From positions 5,146,001 through 5,210,000 of the forward strand of contig OZ059896.1 in the NCBI GenBank assembly GCA_964057225.1: DNA of 64,000 nt. Reading direction: 5' to 3'. This DNA is from Auanema rhodensis. Taxonomy: Eukaryota > Animalia > Nematoda. Positions within the stretch are counted from its first letter, which is position 1. Each line of letters begins with the position of its first letter. The notes beneath the pieces are model-generated. The model did not search any database and was not told the origin of the DNA. It saw only the letters and a list, made by a program, of their open reading frames with translations. The position numbers and the translations under genes were made by a program. Below, piece by piece: positions 30,001 to 45,000 of the stretch.

Positions 30001-33000
30001 CGTAAATTTCAAAGTCATGGTTACCATGCACCAATATCAATAAAAATTGGTTTTTAGACTAATATGGACATGGGGAATCTAATTTTGAAAATCGCATCTC
30101 TTTATCTTTCACGTGAAGCGAGTTACATATAAAGTGCACATCACGTGTACATTTAATTAGCATAAATTAAAGTTCACGTAAATTTCAAAGTCATGGTTAC
30201 CATGCACCAATATTAATAAAAATTTGTTTTTATATTAATATGGACATGGGGAATCTAATTTTGAAAACCGCATCTCTTTATCTTTCACGTGAAGCGAGTT
30301 ACATACCAAGTGCACATCACGTGTACACTTAATTAGCATAAATTAAAGTTCACGTAAATTTCAAAGTCATGGTTACCATGCACCAATATCAATAAAAATT
30401 GGTTTTTAGACTAATATGGACATGGGGAATCTAATTTTGAAAACCGCATCTCTTTATCTTTCACGTGAAGCGAGTTACATACCAAGTGCACATCACGTGT
30501 ACATTTAATTAGCATAAATTAAAGTTCACGTAAATTTCAAAGTCATGGTTACCATGCACCAATATTAATAAAAATTTGTTTTTAGATTAATATGGACATG
30601 GGGAATCTAATTTTGAAAACCGCATCTCTTTATCTTTCACGTGAAGCGAGTTACATACCAAGTGCACATCACGTGTACACTTAATTAGCATAAATTAAAG
30701 TTCACGTAAATTTCAAAGTCATGGTTACCATGCACCAATATCAATAAAAATTTGTTTTTAGACTAATTTGGACATGGGGAATCTAATTTTGAAAACCGCA
30801 TCTCTTTATCTTTCACGTGAAGCGAGTTACATACCAAGTGCACATCACGTGTACATTTAATTAGCATAAATTAAAGTTCACATAAATTTCAAAGTCATGG
30901 TTACCATGAACCAATATCAATAAAAATTTGTTTTAAGACTAATATGGACATGGGGAATCTAATTTTGGAAACCGCATCTCTTTATTTTTCACGTGAAGCG
31001 AGTTACATACCAAGTGCACATCACGTGTACATTTAATTAGCATAAATTAAAGTTCACGTAAATTTCAAAGTCATGGTTACCATGCACCAATATCAATAAA
31101 AATTTGTTTTTAGACTAATATGGACATGGGGAATCTAATTTTGAAAATCGCATCTCTTTATCTTTCACGTGAAGCGAGTTACATACCAAGTGCACATCAC
31201 GTGTACATTTAATTAGCATAAATTAAAGTTCACGTAAATTTCAAAGTCATGGTTACCATGCACCAATATCAATAAAAATTTGTTTTTAGACTAATATGGA
31301 CATGGGGAATCTAATTTTGAAAATCGCATCTCTTTATCTTTCACGTGAAGCGAGTTACATACCAAGTGCACATCACGTGTACATTTAATTAGCATAAATT
31401 AATGTTCACGTAAATTTCAAAGTCATGGTTACCATGAACCAATATCAATAAAAATTTGTTTTTAGACTAATATGGACATGGGGAATCTAATTTTGAAAAC
31501 CGCATCTCTTTATCTTTCACGTGAAGCGAGTTACATATAAAGTGCACATCACGTGTACACTTAATTAGCATAAATTAAAGTTCACGTAAATTTCAAAGTC
31601 ATGGTTACCATGCACCAATATCAATAAAAATTGGTTTTTAGACTAATATGGACATGGGGAATCTAATTTTGAAAACCGCATCTCTTTATCTTTCACGTGA
31701 AGCGAGTTACATACCAAGTGCACATCACGTGTACATTTAATTAGCATAAATTAAAGTTCACGTAAATTTCAAAGTCATGGTTACCATGCACCAATATTAA
31801 TAAAAATTTGTTTTTAGATTAATATGGACATGGGGAATCTAATTTTGAAAACCGCATCTCTTTATCTTTCACGTGAAGCGAGTTACATACCAAGTGCACA
31901 TCACGTGTACACTTAATTAGCATAAATTAAAGTTCACGTAAATTTCAAAGTCATGGTTACCATGCACCAATATCAATAAAAATTTGTTTTTAGACTAATT
32001 TGGACATGGGGAATCTAATTTTGAAAACCGCATCTCTTTATCTTTCACGTGAAGCGAGTTACATACCAAGTGCACATCACGTGTACATTTAATTAGCATA
32101 AATTAAAGTTCACGTAAATTTCAAAGTCATGGTTAATATGAACCAATATCAATAAAAATTTGTTTTAAGACTAATATGGACATGGGGAATCTAATTTTGG
32201 AAACCGCATCTCTTTATTTTTCACGTGAAGCGAGTTACATACCAAGTGCACATCACGTGTACATTTAATTAGCATAAATTAAAGTTCACGTAAATTTCAA
32301 AGTCATGGTTACCATGCACCAATATCGATAAAAATTTGTTTTTAGACTAATATGGACATGGGGAATCTAATTTTGAAAATCGCATCTCTTTATCTTTCAC
32401 GTGAAGCGAGTTACATACCAAGTGCACATCACGTGTACATTTAATTAGCATAAATTAAAGTTCACGTAAATTTCAAAGTCATGGTTACCATGCACCAATA
32501 TCAATAAAAATTTGTTTTTAGACTAATATGGACATGGGGAATCTAATTTTGAAAATCGCATCTCTTTATCTTTCACGTGAAGCGAGTTACATACCAAGTG
32601 CACATCACGTGTACATTTAATTAGCATAAATTAATGTTCACGTAAATTTCAAAGTCATGGTTACCATGAACCAATATCAATAAAAATTTGTTTTTAGACT
32701 AATATGGACATGGGGAATCTAATTTTGAAAACCGCATCTCTTTATCTTTCACGTGAAGCGAGTTACATATAAAGTGCACATCACGTGTACATTTAATTAG
32801 CATAAATTAAAGTTCACGTAAATTTCAAAGTCATGGTTACCATGCACCAATATTAATAAAAATTTGTTTTTAGATTAATATGGACATGGGGAATCTAATT
32901 TTGAAAACCGCATCTCTTTATCTTTCACGTGAAGCGAGTTACATACCAAGTGCACATCACGTGTACACTTAATTAGCATAAATTAAAGTTCACGTAAATT

Positions 33001-36000
33001 TCAAAGTCATGGTTACCATGCACCAATATCAATAAAAATTTGTTTTTAGACTAATATGGACATGGGGAATCTAATTTTGAAAATCGCATCTCTTTATCTT
33101 TCACGTGAAGCGAGTTACATACCAAGTGCACATCACGTGTACATTTAATTAGCATAAATTAAAGTTCACGTAAATTTCAAAGTCATGGTTACCATGAACC
33201 AATATCAATAAAAATTTGTTTTTAGACTAATATGGACATGGGGAATCTAATTTTGAAAATCGCATCTCTTTATCTTTCACGTGAAGCGAGTTACATATAA
33301 AGTGCACATCACGTGTACATTTAATTAGCATAAATTAAAGTTCACGTAAATTTCAAAGTCATGGTTACCATGCACCAATATTAATAAAAATTTGTTTTTA
33401 GACTAATATGGACATGGGGAATCTAATTTTGAAAACCGCATCTCTTTATCTTTCACGTGAAGCGAGTTACATACCAAGTGCACATCACGTGTACATTTAA
33501 TTAGCATAAATTAAAGTTCACGTAAATTTCAAAGTCATGGTTACCATGCACCAATATTAATAAAAATTTGTTTTTAGATTAATATGGACATGGGGAATCT
33601 AATTTTGAAAACCGCATCTCTTTATCTTTCACGTGAAGCGAGTTACATACCAAGTGCACATCACGTGTACATTTAATTAGCATAAATTAAAGTTCACGTA
33701 AATTTCAAAGTCATGGTTACCATGCACCAATATCAATAAAAATTCGTTTTTAGACTAATTTGGACATGGGGAATCTAATTTTGAAAACCGCATCTCTTTA
33801 TCTTTCACGTGAAGCGAGTTACATACCGAGTGCACATCACGTGTACATTTAATTAGCATAAATTAAAGTTCACGTAAATTTCAAAGTCATGGTTACCATG
33901 AACCAATATCAATAAAAATTTGTTTTTAGACTAATATGGACATGGGGAATCTAATTTTGGAAACCGCATCTCTTTATTTTTCACGTGAAGCGAGTTACAT
34001 ACCAAGTGCACATCACGTGTACATTTAATTAGCATAAATTAAAGTTCACGTAAATTTCAAAGTCATGGTTACCATGCACCAATATCAATAAAAATTTGTT
34101 TTTAGACTAATATGGACATGGGGAATCTAATTTTGAAAATCGCATCTCTTTATCTTTCACGTGAAGCGAGTTACATACCAAGTGCACATCACGTGTACAT
34201 TTAATTAGAAAAAATTAAAGTTCACGTAAATTTCAAAGTCATGGTTACCATGAACCAATATCAATAAAAATTTGTTTCTAGACTAATATGGACATGGGGA
34301 ATCTAATTTTGAAAATCGCATCTCTTTATCTTTCACGTGAAGCGAGTTACATATAAAGTGCACATCACGTGTACATTTAATTAGCATAAATTAAAGTTCA
34401 CGTAAATTTCAAAGTCATGGTTACCATGCACCAATATTAATAAAAATTTGTTTTTAGATTAATATGGACATGGGGAATCTAATTTTGAAAACCGCATCTC
34501 TTTATCTTTCACGTGAAGCGAGTTACATACCAAGTGCACATCACGTGTACACTTAATTAGCATAAATTAAAGTTCACGTAAATTTCAAAGTCATGGTTAC
34601 CATGCACCAATATCAATAAAAATTGGTTTTTAGACTAATATGGACATGGGGAATCTAATTTTGAAAACCGCATCTCTTTATCTTTCACGTGAAGCGAGTT
34701 ACATACCAAGTGCACATCACGTGTACATTTAATTAGCATAAATTAAAGTTCACGTAAATTTCAAAGTCATGGTTACCATGCACCAATATTAATAAAAATT
34801 TGTTTTTAGATTAATATGGACATGGGGAATCTAATTTTGAAAACCGCATCTCTTTATCTTTCACGTGAAGCGAGTTACATACCAAGTGCACATCACGTGT
34901 ACACTTAATTAGCATAAATTAAAGTTCACGTAAATTTCAAAGTCATGGTTACCATGCACCAATATCAATAAAAATTTGTTTTTAGACTAATTTGGACATG
35001 GGGAATCTAATTGTGAAAACCGCATCTCTTTATCTTTCACGTGAAGCGAGTTACATACCAAGTGCACATCACGTGTACATTTAATTAGCATAAATTAAAG
35101 TTCACGTAAATTTCAAAGTCATGGTTACCATGAACCAATATCAATAAAAATTTGTTTTTAGACTAATATGGACATGGGGAATCTAATTTTGGAAACCGCA
35201 TCTCTTTATTTTTCACGTGAAGCGAGTTACATACCAAGTGCACATCACGTGTACATTTAATTAGCATAAATTAAAGTTCACGTAAATTTCAAAGTCATGG
35301 TTACCATGCACCAATATCAATAAAAATTTGTTTTTAGACTAATATGGACATGGGGAATCTAATTTTGAAAATCGCATCTCTTTATCTTTCACGTGAAGCG
35401 AGTTACATACCAAGTGCACATCACGTGTACATTTAATTAGCATAAATTAAAGTTCACGTAAATTTCAAAGTCATGGTTACCATGCACCAATATCAATAAA
35501 AATTTGTTTTTAGACTAATATGGACATGGGGAATCTAATTTTGAAAATCGCATCTCTTTATCTTTCACGTGAAGCGAGTTACATACCAAGTGCACATCAC
35601 GTGTACATTTAATTAGCATAAATTAATGTTCACGTAAATTTCAAAGTCATGGTTACCATGAACCAATATCAATAAAAATTTGTTTTTAGACTAATATGGA
35701 CATGGGGAATCTAATTTTGAAAACCGCATCTCTTTATCTTTCACGTGAAGCGAGTTACATATAAAGTGCACATCACGTGTACATTTAATTAGCATAAATT
35801 AAAGTTCACGTAAATTTCAAAGTCATGGTTACCATGCACCAATATTAATAAAAATTGGTTTTTAGACTAATATGGACATGGGGAATCTAATTTTGAAAAC
35901 CGCATCTCTTTATCTTTCACGTGAAGCGAGTTACATACCAAGTGCACATCACGTGTACATTTAATTAGCATAAATTAAAGTTCACGTAAATTTCAAAGTC

Positions 36001-39000
36001 ATGGTTACCATGCACCAATATCAATAAAAATTCGTTTTTAGACTAATTTGGACATGGGGAATCTAATTTTGAAAACCGCATCTCTTTATCTTTCACGTGA
36101 AGCGAGTTACATACCAAGTGCACATCACGTGTACATTTAATTAGCATAAATTAAAGTTCACGTAAATTTCAAAGTCATGGTTACCATGCACCAATATCAA
36201 TAAAAATTTGTTTTTAGACTAATATGGACATGGGGAATCTAATTTTGAAAATCGCATCTCTTTATCTTTCACGTGAAGCGAGTTACATACCAAGTGCACA
36301 TCACGTGTACATTTAATTAGCATAAATTAAAGTTCACGTAAATTTCAAAGTCATGGTTACCATGAACCAATATCAATAAAAATTTGTTTTTAGACTAATA
36401 TGGACATGCGGAATCTAATTTTGAAAACCGCATCTCTTTATCTTTCACGTGAAGCGAGTTACATACCAAGTGCACATCACGTGTACACTTAATTAGCATA
36501 AATTAAAGTTCACGTAAATTTCAAAGTCATGGTTACCATGCACCAATATCAATAAAAATTGGTTTTTAGACTAATATGGACATGGGGAATCTAATTTTGA
36601 AAACCGCATCTCTTTATCTTTCACGTGAAGCGAGTTACATACCAAGTGCACATCACGTGTACATTTAATTAGCATAAATTAAAGTTCACGTAAATTTCAA
36701 AGTCATGGTTACCATGCACCAATATTAATAAAAATTTGTTTTTAGATTAATATGGACATGGGGAATCTAATTTTGAAAACCGCATCTCTTTATCTTTCAC
36801 GTGAAGCGAGTTACATACCAAGTGCACATCACGTGTACACTTAATTAGCATAAATTAAAGTTCACGTAAATTTCAAAGTCATGGTTACCATGCACCAATA
36901 TCAATAAAAATTGGTTTTTAGACTAATATGGACATGGGGAATCTAATTTTGAAAACCGCATCTCTTTATCTTTCACGTGAAGCGAGTTACATACCAAGTG
37001 CACATCACGTGTACATTTAATTAGCATAAATTAAAGTTCACGTAAATTTCAAAGTCATGGTTACCATGCACCAATATCAATAAAAATTTGTTTTTAGACT
37101 AATATGGACATGGGGAATCTAATTTTGAAAATCGCATCTCTTTATCTTTCACGTGAAGCGAGTTACATACCAAGTGCACATCACGTGTACATTTAATTAG
37201 CATAAATTAAAGTTCACGTAAATTTCAAAGTCATGGTTACCATGAACCAATATCAATAAAAATTTGTTTTTAGACTAATATGGACATGGGGAATCTAATT
37301 TTGAAAATCGCATCTCTTTATCTTTCACGTGAAGCGAGTTACATATAAAGTGCACATCACGTGTACATTTAATTAGCATAAATTAAAGTTCACGTAAATT
37401 TCAAAGTCATGGTTACCATGCACCAATATTAATAAAAATTTGTTTTTAGATTAATATGGACATGGGGAATCTAATTTTGAAAACCGCATCTCTTTATCTT
37501 TCACGTGAAGCGAGTTACATACCAAGTGCACATCACGTGTACATTTAATTAGCATAAATTAAAGTTCACGTAAATTTCAAAGTCATGGTTACCATGCACC
37601 AATATCAATAAAAATTCGTTTTTAGACTAATTTGGACATGGGGAATCTAATTTTGAAAACCGCATCTCTTTATCTTTCACGTGAAGCGAGTTACATACCG
37701 AGTGCACATCACGTGTACATTTAATTAGCATAAATTAAAGTTCACGTAAATTTCAAAGTCATGGTTACCATGAACCAATATCAATAAAAATTTGTTTTTA
37801 GACTAATATGGACATGGGGAATCTAATTTTGGAAACCGCATCTCTTTATTTTTCACGTGAAGCGAGTTACATACCAAGTGCACATCACGTGTACATTTAA
37901 TTAGCATAAATTAAAGTTCACGTAAATTTCAAAGTCATGGTTACCATGCACCAATATCAATAAAAATTTGTTTTTAGACTAATATGGACATGGGGAATCT
38001 AATTTTGAAAATCGCATCTCTTTATCTTTCAAGTGAAGCGAGTTACATACCAAGTGCACATCACGTGTACATTTAATTAGCATAAATTAAAGTTCACGTA
38101 AATTTCAAAGTCATGGTTACCATGAACCAATATCAATAAAAATTTGTTTTTAGACTTATATGGACATGGGGAATCTAATTTTGAAAATCGCATCTCTTTA
38201 TCTTTCACGTGAAGCGAGTTACATATAAAGTGCACATCACGTGTACATTTAATTAGCATAAATTAAAGTTCACGTAAATTTCAAAGTCATGGTTACCATG
38301 CACCAATATTAATAAAAATTTGTTTTTAGATTAATATGGACATGGGGAATCTAATTTTGAAAACCGCATCTCTTTATCTTTCACGTGAAGCGAGTTACAT
38401 ACCAAGTGCACATCACGTGTACACTTAATTAGCATAAATTAAAGTTCACGTAAATTTCAAAGTCATGGTTACCATGCACCAATATCAATAAAAATTTGTT
38501 TTTAGACTAATATGGACATGGGGAATCTAATTTTGAAAACCGCATCTCTTTATCTTTCACGTGAAGCGAGTTACATACCAAGTGCACATCACGTGTACAT
38601 TTAATTAGCATAAATTAAAGTTCACGTAAATTTCAAAGTCATGGTTACCATGAACCAATATCAATAAAAATTTGTTTTTAGACTAATATGGACATGGGGA
38701 ATCTAATTTTGGAAACCGCATCTCTTTATCTTTCACGTGAAGCGAGTTACATACCAAGTGCACATCACGTGTACATTTAATTAGCATAAATTAAAGTTCA
38801 CGTAAATTTCAAAGTCATGGTTACCATGAACCAATATCAATAAAAATTTGTTTTTAAACTAATATGGACATGGGGAATCTAATTTTGAAAACCGCATCTC
38901 TTTATCTTTCACGTGAAGCGAGTTACATACCAAGTGCACATCACGTGTACATTTAATTAGCATAAATTAAAGTTCACGTAAATTTCAAAGTCATGGTTAC

Positions 39001-42000
39001 CATGCACCAATATCAATAAAAATTTGTTTTTAGACTAATATGGACATGGGGAATCTAATTTTGAAAATCGCATCTCTTTATCTTTCACGTGAAGCGAGTT
39101 ACATATAAAGTGCACATCAGGTGTACATTTAATTAGCATAAATTAAAGTTCACGTAAATTTCAAAGTCATGGTTACCATGCACCAATATCAATAAAAATT
39201 TGTTTTTAGACTAATATGGACATGGGGAATCTAATTTTGAAAATCGCATCTCTTTATCTTTCACGTGAAGCGAGTTACATACCAAGTGCACATCACGTGT
39301 ACATTTAATTAGCATAAATTAAAGTTCACGTAAATTTCAAAGTCATGGTTACCATGAACCAATATCAATAAAAATTTGTTTTTAGACTAATATGGACATG
39401 GGGAATCTAATTTTGAAAATCGCATCTCTTTATCTTTCACGTGAAGCGAGTTACATATGAAGTGCACATCACGTGTACATTTAATTAGCATAAATTAAAG
39501 TTCACGTAAATTTCAAAGTCATGGTTACCATGCACCAATATTAATAAAAATTTGTTTTTAGATTAATATGGACATGGGGAATCTAATTTTGAAAACCGCA
39601 TCTCTTTATCTTTCACGTGAAGCGAGTTACATACCAAGTGCACATCACGTGTACATTTAATTAGCATAAATTAAAGTTCACGTAAATTTCAAAGTCATGG
39701 TTACCATGCACCAATATCAATAAAAATTCGTTTTTAGACTAATTTGGACATGGGGAATCTAATTTTGAAAACCGCATCTCTTTATCTTTCACGTGAAGCG
39801 AGTTACATACCGAGTGCACATCACGTGTACATTTAATTAGCATAAATTAAAGTTCACGTAAATTTCAAAGTCATGGTTACCATGAACCAATATCAATAAA
39901 AATTTGTTTTTAGACTAATATGGACATGGGGAATCTAATTTTGGAAACCGCATCTCTTTATTTTTCACGTGAAGCGAGTTACATACCAAGTGCACATCAC
40001 GTGTACATTTAATTAGCATAAATTAAAGTTCACGTAAATTTCAAAGTCATGGTTACCATGCACCAATATCAATAAAAATTTGTTTTTAGACTAATATGGA
40101 CATGGGGAATCTAATTTTGAAAATCGCATCTCTTTATCTTTCACGTGAAGCGAGTTACATACCAAGTGCACATCACGTGTACATTTAATTAGCATAAATT
40201 AAAGTTCACGTAAATTTCAAAGTCATGGTTACCATGAACCAATATCAATAAAAATTTGTTTTTAGACTAATATGGACATGGGGAATCTAATTTTGAAAAT
40301 CGCATCTCTTTATCTTTCACGTGAAGCGAGTTACATATAAAGTGCACATCACGTGTACATTTAATTAGCATAAATTAAAGTTCACGTAAATTTCAAAGTC
40401 ATGGTTACCATGCACCAATATTAATAAAAATTTGTTTTTAGATTAATTTGGACATGGGGAATCTAATTTTGAAAACCGCATCTCTTTATCTTTCACGTGA
40501 AGCGAGTTACATACCGAGTGCACATCACGTGTACATTTAATTAGCATAAATTAAAGTTCACGTAAATTTCAAAGTCATGGTTACCATGAACCAATATCAA
40601 TAAAAATTTGTTTTTAGACTAATATGGACATGGGGAATCTAATTTTGGAAACCGCATCTCTTTATTTTTCACGTGAAGCGAGTTACATACCAAGTGCACA
40701 TCACGTGTACATTTAATTAGCATAAATTAAAGTTCACGTAAATTTCAAAGTCATGGTTACCATGCACCAATATCAATAAAAATTTGTTTTTAGACTAATA
40801 TGGACATGGGGAATCTAATTTTGAAAATCGCATCTCTTTATCTTTCACGTGAAGCGAGTTACATACCAAGTGCACATCACGTGTACATTTAATTAGCATA
40901 AATTAAAGTTCACGTAAATTTCAAAGTCATGGTTACCATGAACCAATATCAATAAAAATTTGTTTTTAGACTAATATGGACATGGGGAATCTAATTTTGA
41001 AAATCGCATCTCTTTATCTTTCACGTGAAGCGAGTTACATATAAAGTGCACATCACGTGTACATTTAATTAGCATAAATTAAAGTTCACGTAAATTTCAA
41101 AGTCATGGTTACCATGAACCAATATCAATAAAAATTTGTTTTTAAACTAATATGGACATGGGGAATCTAATTTTGAAAACCGCATCTCTTTATCTTTCAC
41201 GTGAAGCGAGTTACATACCAAGTGCACATCACGTGTACATTTAATTAGCATAAATTAAAGTTCACGTAAATTTCAAAGTCATGGTTACCATGCACCAATA
41301 TCAATAAAAATTTGTTTTTAGACTAATATGGACATGGGGAATCTAATTTTGAAAATCGCATCTCTTTATCTTTCACGTGAAGCGAGTTACATACCAAGTG
41401 CACATCACGTGTACATTTAATTAGCATAAATTAAAGTTCACGTAAATTTCAAAGTCATGGTTACCATGAACCAATATCAATAAAAATTTGTTTTTAGACT
41501 AATATGGACATGGGGAATCTAATTTTGAAAATCGCATCTCTTTATCTTTCACGTGAAGCGAGTTACATATAAAGTGCACATCACGTGTACATTTAATTAG
41601 CATAAATTAAAGTTCACGTAAATTTCAAAGTCATGGTTACCATGCACCAATATTAATAAAAATTTGTTTTTAGATTAATTTGGACATGGGGAATCTAATT
41701 TTGAAAACCGCATCTCTTTATCTTTCACGTGAAGCGAGTTACATACCGAGTGCACATCACGTGTACATTTAATTAGCATAAATTAAAGTTCACGTAAATT
41801 TCAAAGTCATGGTTACCATGAACCAATATCAATAAAAATTTGTTTTTAGACTAATATGGACATGGGGAATCTAATTTTGGAAACCGCATCTCTTTATTTT
41901 TCACGTGAAGCGAGTTACATACCAAGTGCACATCACGTGTACATTTAATTAGCATAAATTAAAGTTCACGTAAATTTCAAAGTCATGGTTACCATGCACC

Positions 42001-45000
42001 AATATCAATAAAAATTTGTTTTTAGACTAATATGGACATGGGGAATCTAATTTTGAAAATCGCATCTCTTTATCTTTCACGTGAAGCGAGTTACATACCA
42101 AGTGCACATCACGTGTACATTTAATTAGCATAAATTAAAGTTCACGTAAATTTCAAAGTCATGGTTACCATGAACCAATATCAATAAAAATTTGTTTTTA
42201 GACTAATATGGACATGGGGAATCTAATTTTGAAAATCGCATCTCTTTATCTTTCACGTGAAGCGAGTTACATATAAAGTGCACATCACGTGTACATTTAA
42301 TTAGCATAAATTAAAGTTCACGTAAATTTCAAAGTCATGGTTACCATGCACCAATATTAATAAAAATTTGTTTTTAGATTAATTTGGACATGGGGAATCT
42401 AATTTTGAAAACCGCATCTCTTTATCTTTCACGTGAAGCGAGTTACATACCGAGTGCACATCACGTGTACATTTAATTAGCATAAATTAAAGTTCACGTA
42501 AATTTCAAAGTCATGGTTACCATGCACCAATATCAATAAAAATTTGTTTTTAGACTAATATGGACATGGGGAATCTAATTTTGAAAATCGCATCTCTTTA
42601 TCTTTCACGTGAAGCGAGTTACATATAAAGTGCACATCAGGTGTACATTTAATTAGCATAAATTAAAGTTCACGTAAATTTCAAAGTCATGGTTACCATG
42701 CACCAATATCAATAAAAATTTGTTTTTAGACTAATATGGACATGGGGAATCTAATTTTGGAAACCGCATCTCTTTATTTTTCACGTGAAGCGAGTTACAT
42801 ACCAAGTGCACATCACGTGTACATTTAATTAGCATAAATTAAAGTTCACGTAAATTTCAAAGTCATGGTTACCATGCACCAATATCAATAAAAATTTGTT
42901 TTTAGACTAATATGGACATGGGGAATCTAATTTTGAAAATCGCATCTCTTTATCTTTCACGTGAAGCGAGTTACATACCAAGTGCACATCACGTGTACAT
43001 TTAATTAGCATAAATTAAAGTTCACGTAAATTTCAAAGTCATGGTTACCATGAACCAATATCAATAAAAATTTGTTTTTAGACTAATATGGACATGGGGA
43101 ATCTAATTTTGAAAATCGCATCTCTTTATCTTTCACGTGAAGCGAGTTACATATAAAGTGCACATCACGTGTACATTTAATTAGCATAAATTAAAGTTCA
43201 CGTAAATTTCAAAGTCATGGTTACCATGAACCAATATCAATAAAAATTTGTTTTTAAACTAATATGGACATGGGGAATCTAATTTTGAAAACCGCATCTC
43301 TTTATCTTTCACGTGAAGCGAGTTACATACCAAGTGCACATCACGTGTACATTTAATTAGCATAAATTAAAGTTCACGTAAATTTCAAAGTCATGGTTAC
43401 CATGCACCAATATCAATAAAAATTTGTTTTTAGACTAATATGGACATGGGGAATCTAATTTTGAAAATCGCATCTCTTTATCTTTCACGTGAAGCGAGTT
43501 ACATACCAAGTGCACATCACGTGTACATTTAATTAGCATAAATTAAAGTTCACGTAAATTTCAAAGTCATGGTTACCATGAACCAATATCAATAAAAATT
43601 TGTTTTTAGACTAATATGGACATGGGGAATCTAATTTTGAAAATCGCATCTCTTTATCTTTCACGTGAAGCGAGTTACATATAAAGTGCACATCACGTGT
43701 ACATTTAATTAGCATAAATTAAAGTTCACGTAAATTTCAAAGTCATGGTTACCATGCACCAATATTAATAAAAATTTGTTTTTAGATTAATTTGGACATG
43801 GGGAATCTAATTTTGAAAACCGCATCTCTTTATCTTTCACGTGAAGCGAGTTACATACCGAGTGCACATCACGTGTACATTTAATTAGCATAAATTAAAG
43901 TTCACGTAAATTTCAAAGTCATGGTTACCATGAACCAATATCAATAAAAATTTGTTTTTAGACTAATATGGACATGGGGAATCTAATTTTGGAAACCGCA
44001 TCTCTTTATTTTTCACGTGAAGCGAGTTACATACCAAGTGCACATCACGTGTACATTTAATTAGCATAAATTAAAGTTCACGTAAATTTCAAAGTCATGG
44101 TTACCATGCACCAATATCAATAAAAATTTGTTTTTAGACTAATATGGACATGGGGAATCTAATTTTGAAAATCGCATCTCTTTATCTTTCACGTGAAGCG
44201 AGTTACATACCAAGTGCACATCACGTGTACATTTAATTAGCATAAATTAAAGTTCACGTAAATTTCAAAGTCATGGTTACCATGAACCAATATCAATAAA
44301 AATTTGTTTTTAGACTAATATGGACATGGGGAATCTAATTTTGAAAATCGCATCTCTTTATCTTTCACGTGAAGCGAGTTACATATAAAGTGCACATCAC
44401 GTGTACATTTAATTAGCATAAATTAAAGTTCACGTAAATTTCAAAGTCATGGTTACCATGCACCAATATTAATAAAAATTTGTTTTTAGATTAATTTGGA
44501 CATGGGGAATCTAATTTTGAAAACCGCATCTCTTTATCTTTCACGTGAAGCGAGTTACATACCGAGTGCACATCACGTGTACATTTAATTAGCATAAATT
44601 AAAGTTCACGTAAATTTCAAAGTCATGGTTACCATGCACCAATATCAATAAAAATTTGTTTTTAGACTAATATGGACATGGGGAATCTAATTTTGAAAAT
44701 CGCATCTCTTTATCTTTCACGTGAAGCGAGTTACATATAAAGTGCACATCAGGTGTACATTTAATTAGCATAAATTAAAGTTCACGTAAATTTCAAAGTC
44801 ATGGTTACCATGCACCAATATCAATAAAAATTTGTTTTTAGACTAATATGGACATGGGGAATCTAATTTTGAAAATCGCATCTCTTTATCTTTCACGTGA
44901 AGCGAGTTACATACCAAGTGCACATCACGTGTACATTTAATTAGCATAAATTAAAGTTCACGTAAATTTCAAAGTCATGGTTACCATGAACCAATATCAA

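Noticed and set aside
38077-38259. 60-aa ORF in the satellite
   Set aside because: Produced by one SNP (GACTAAT to GACTTAT near 38157) removing a stop in a single monomer; no coding evidence.
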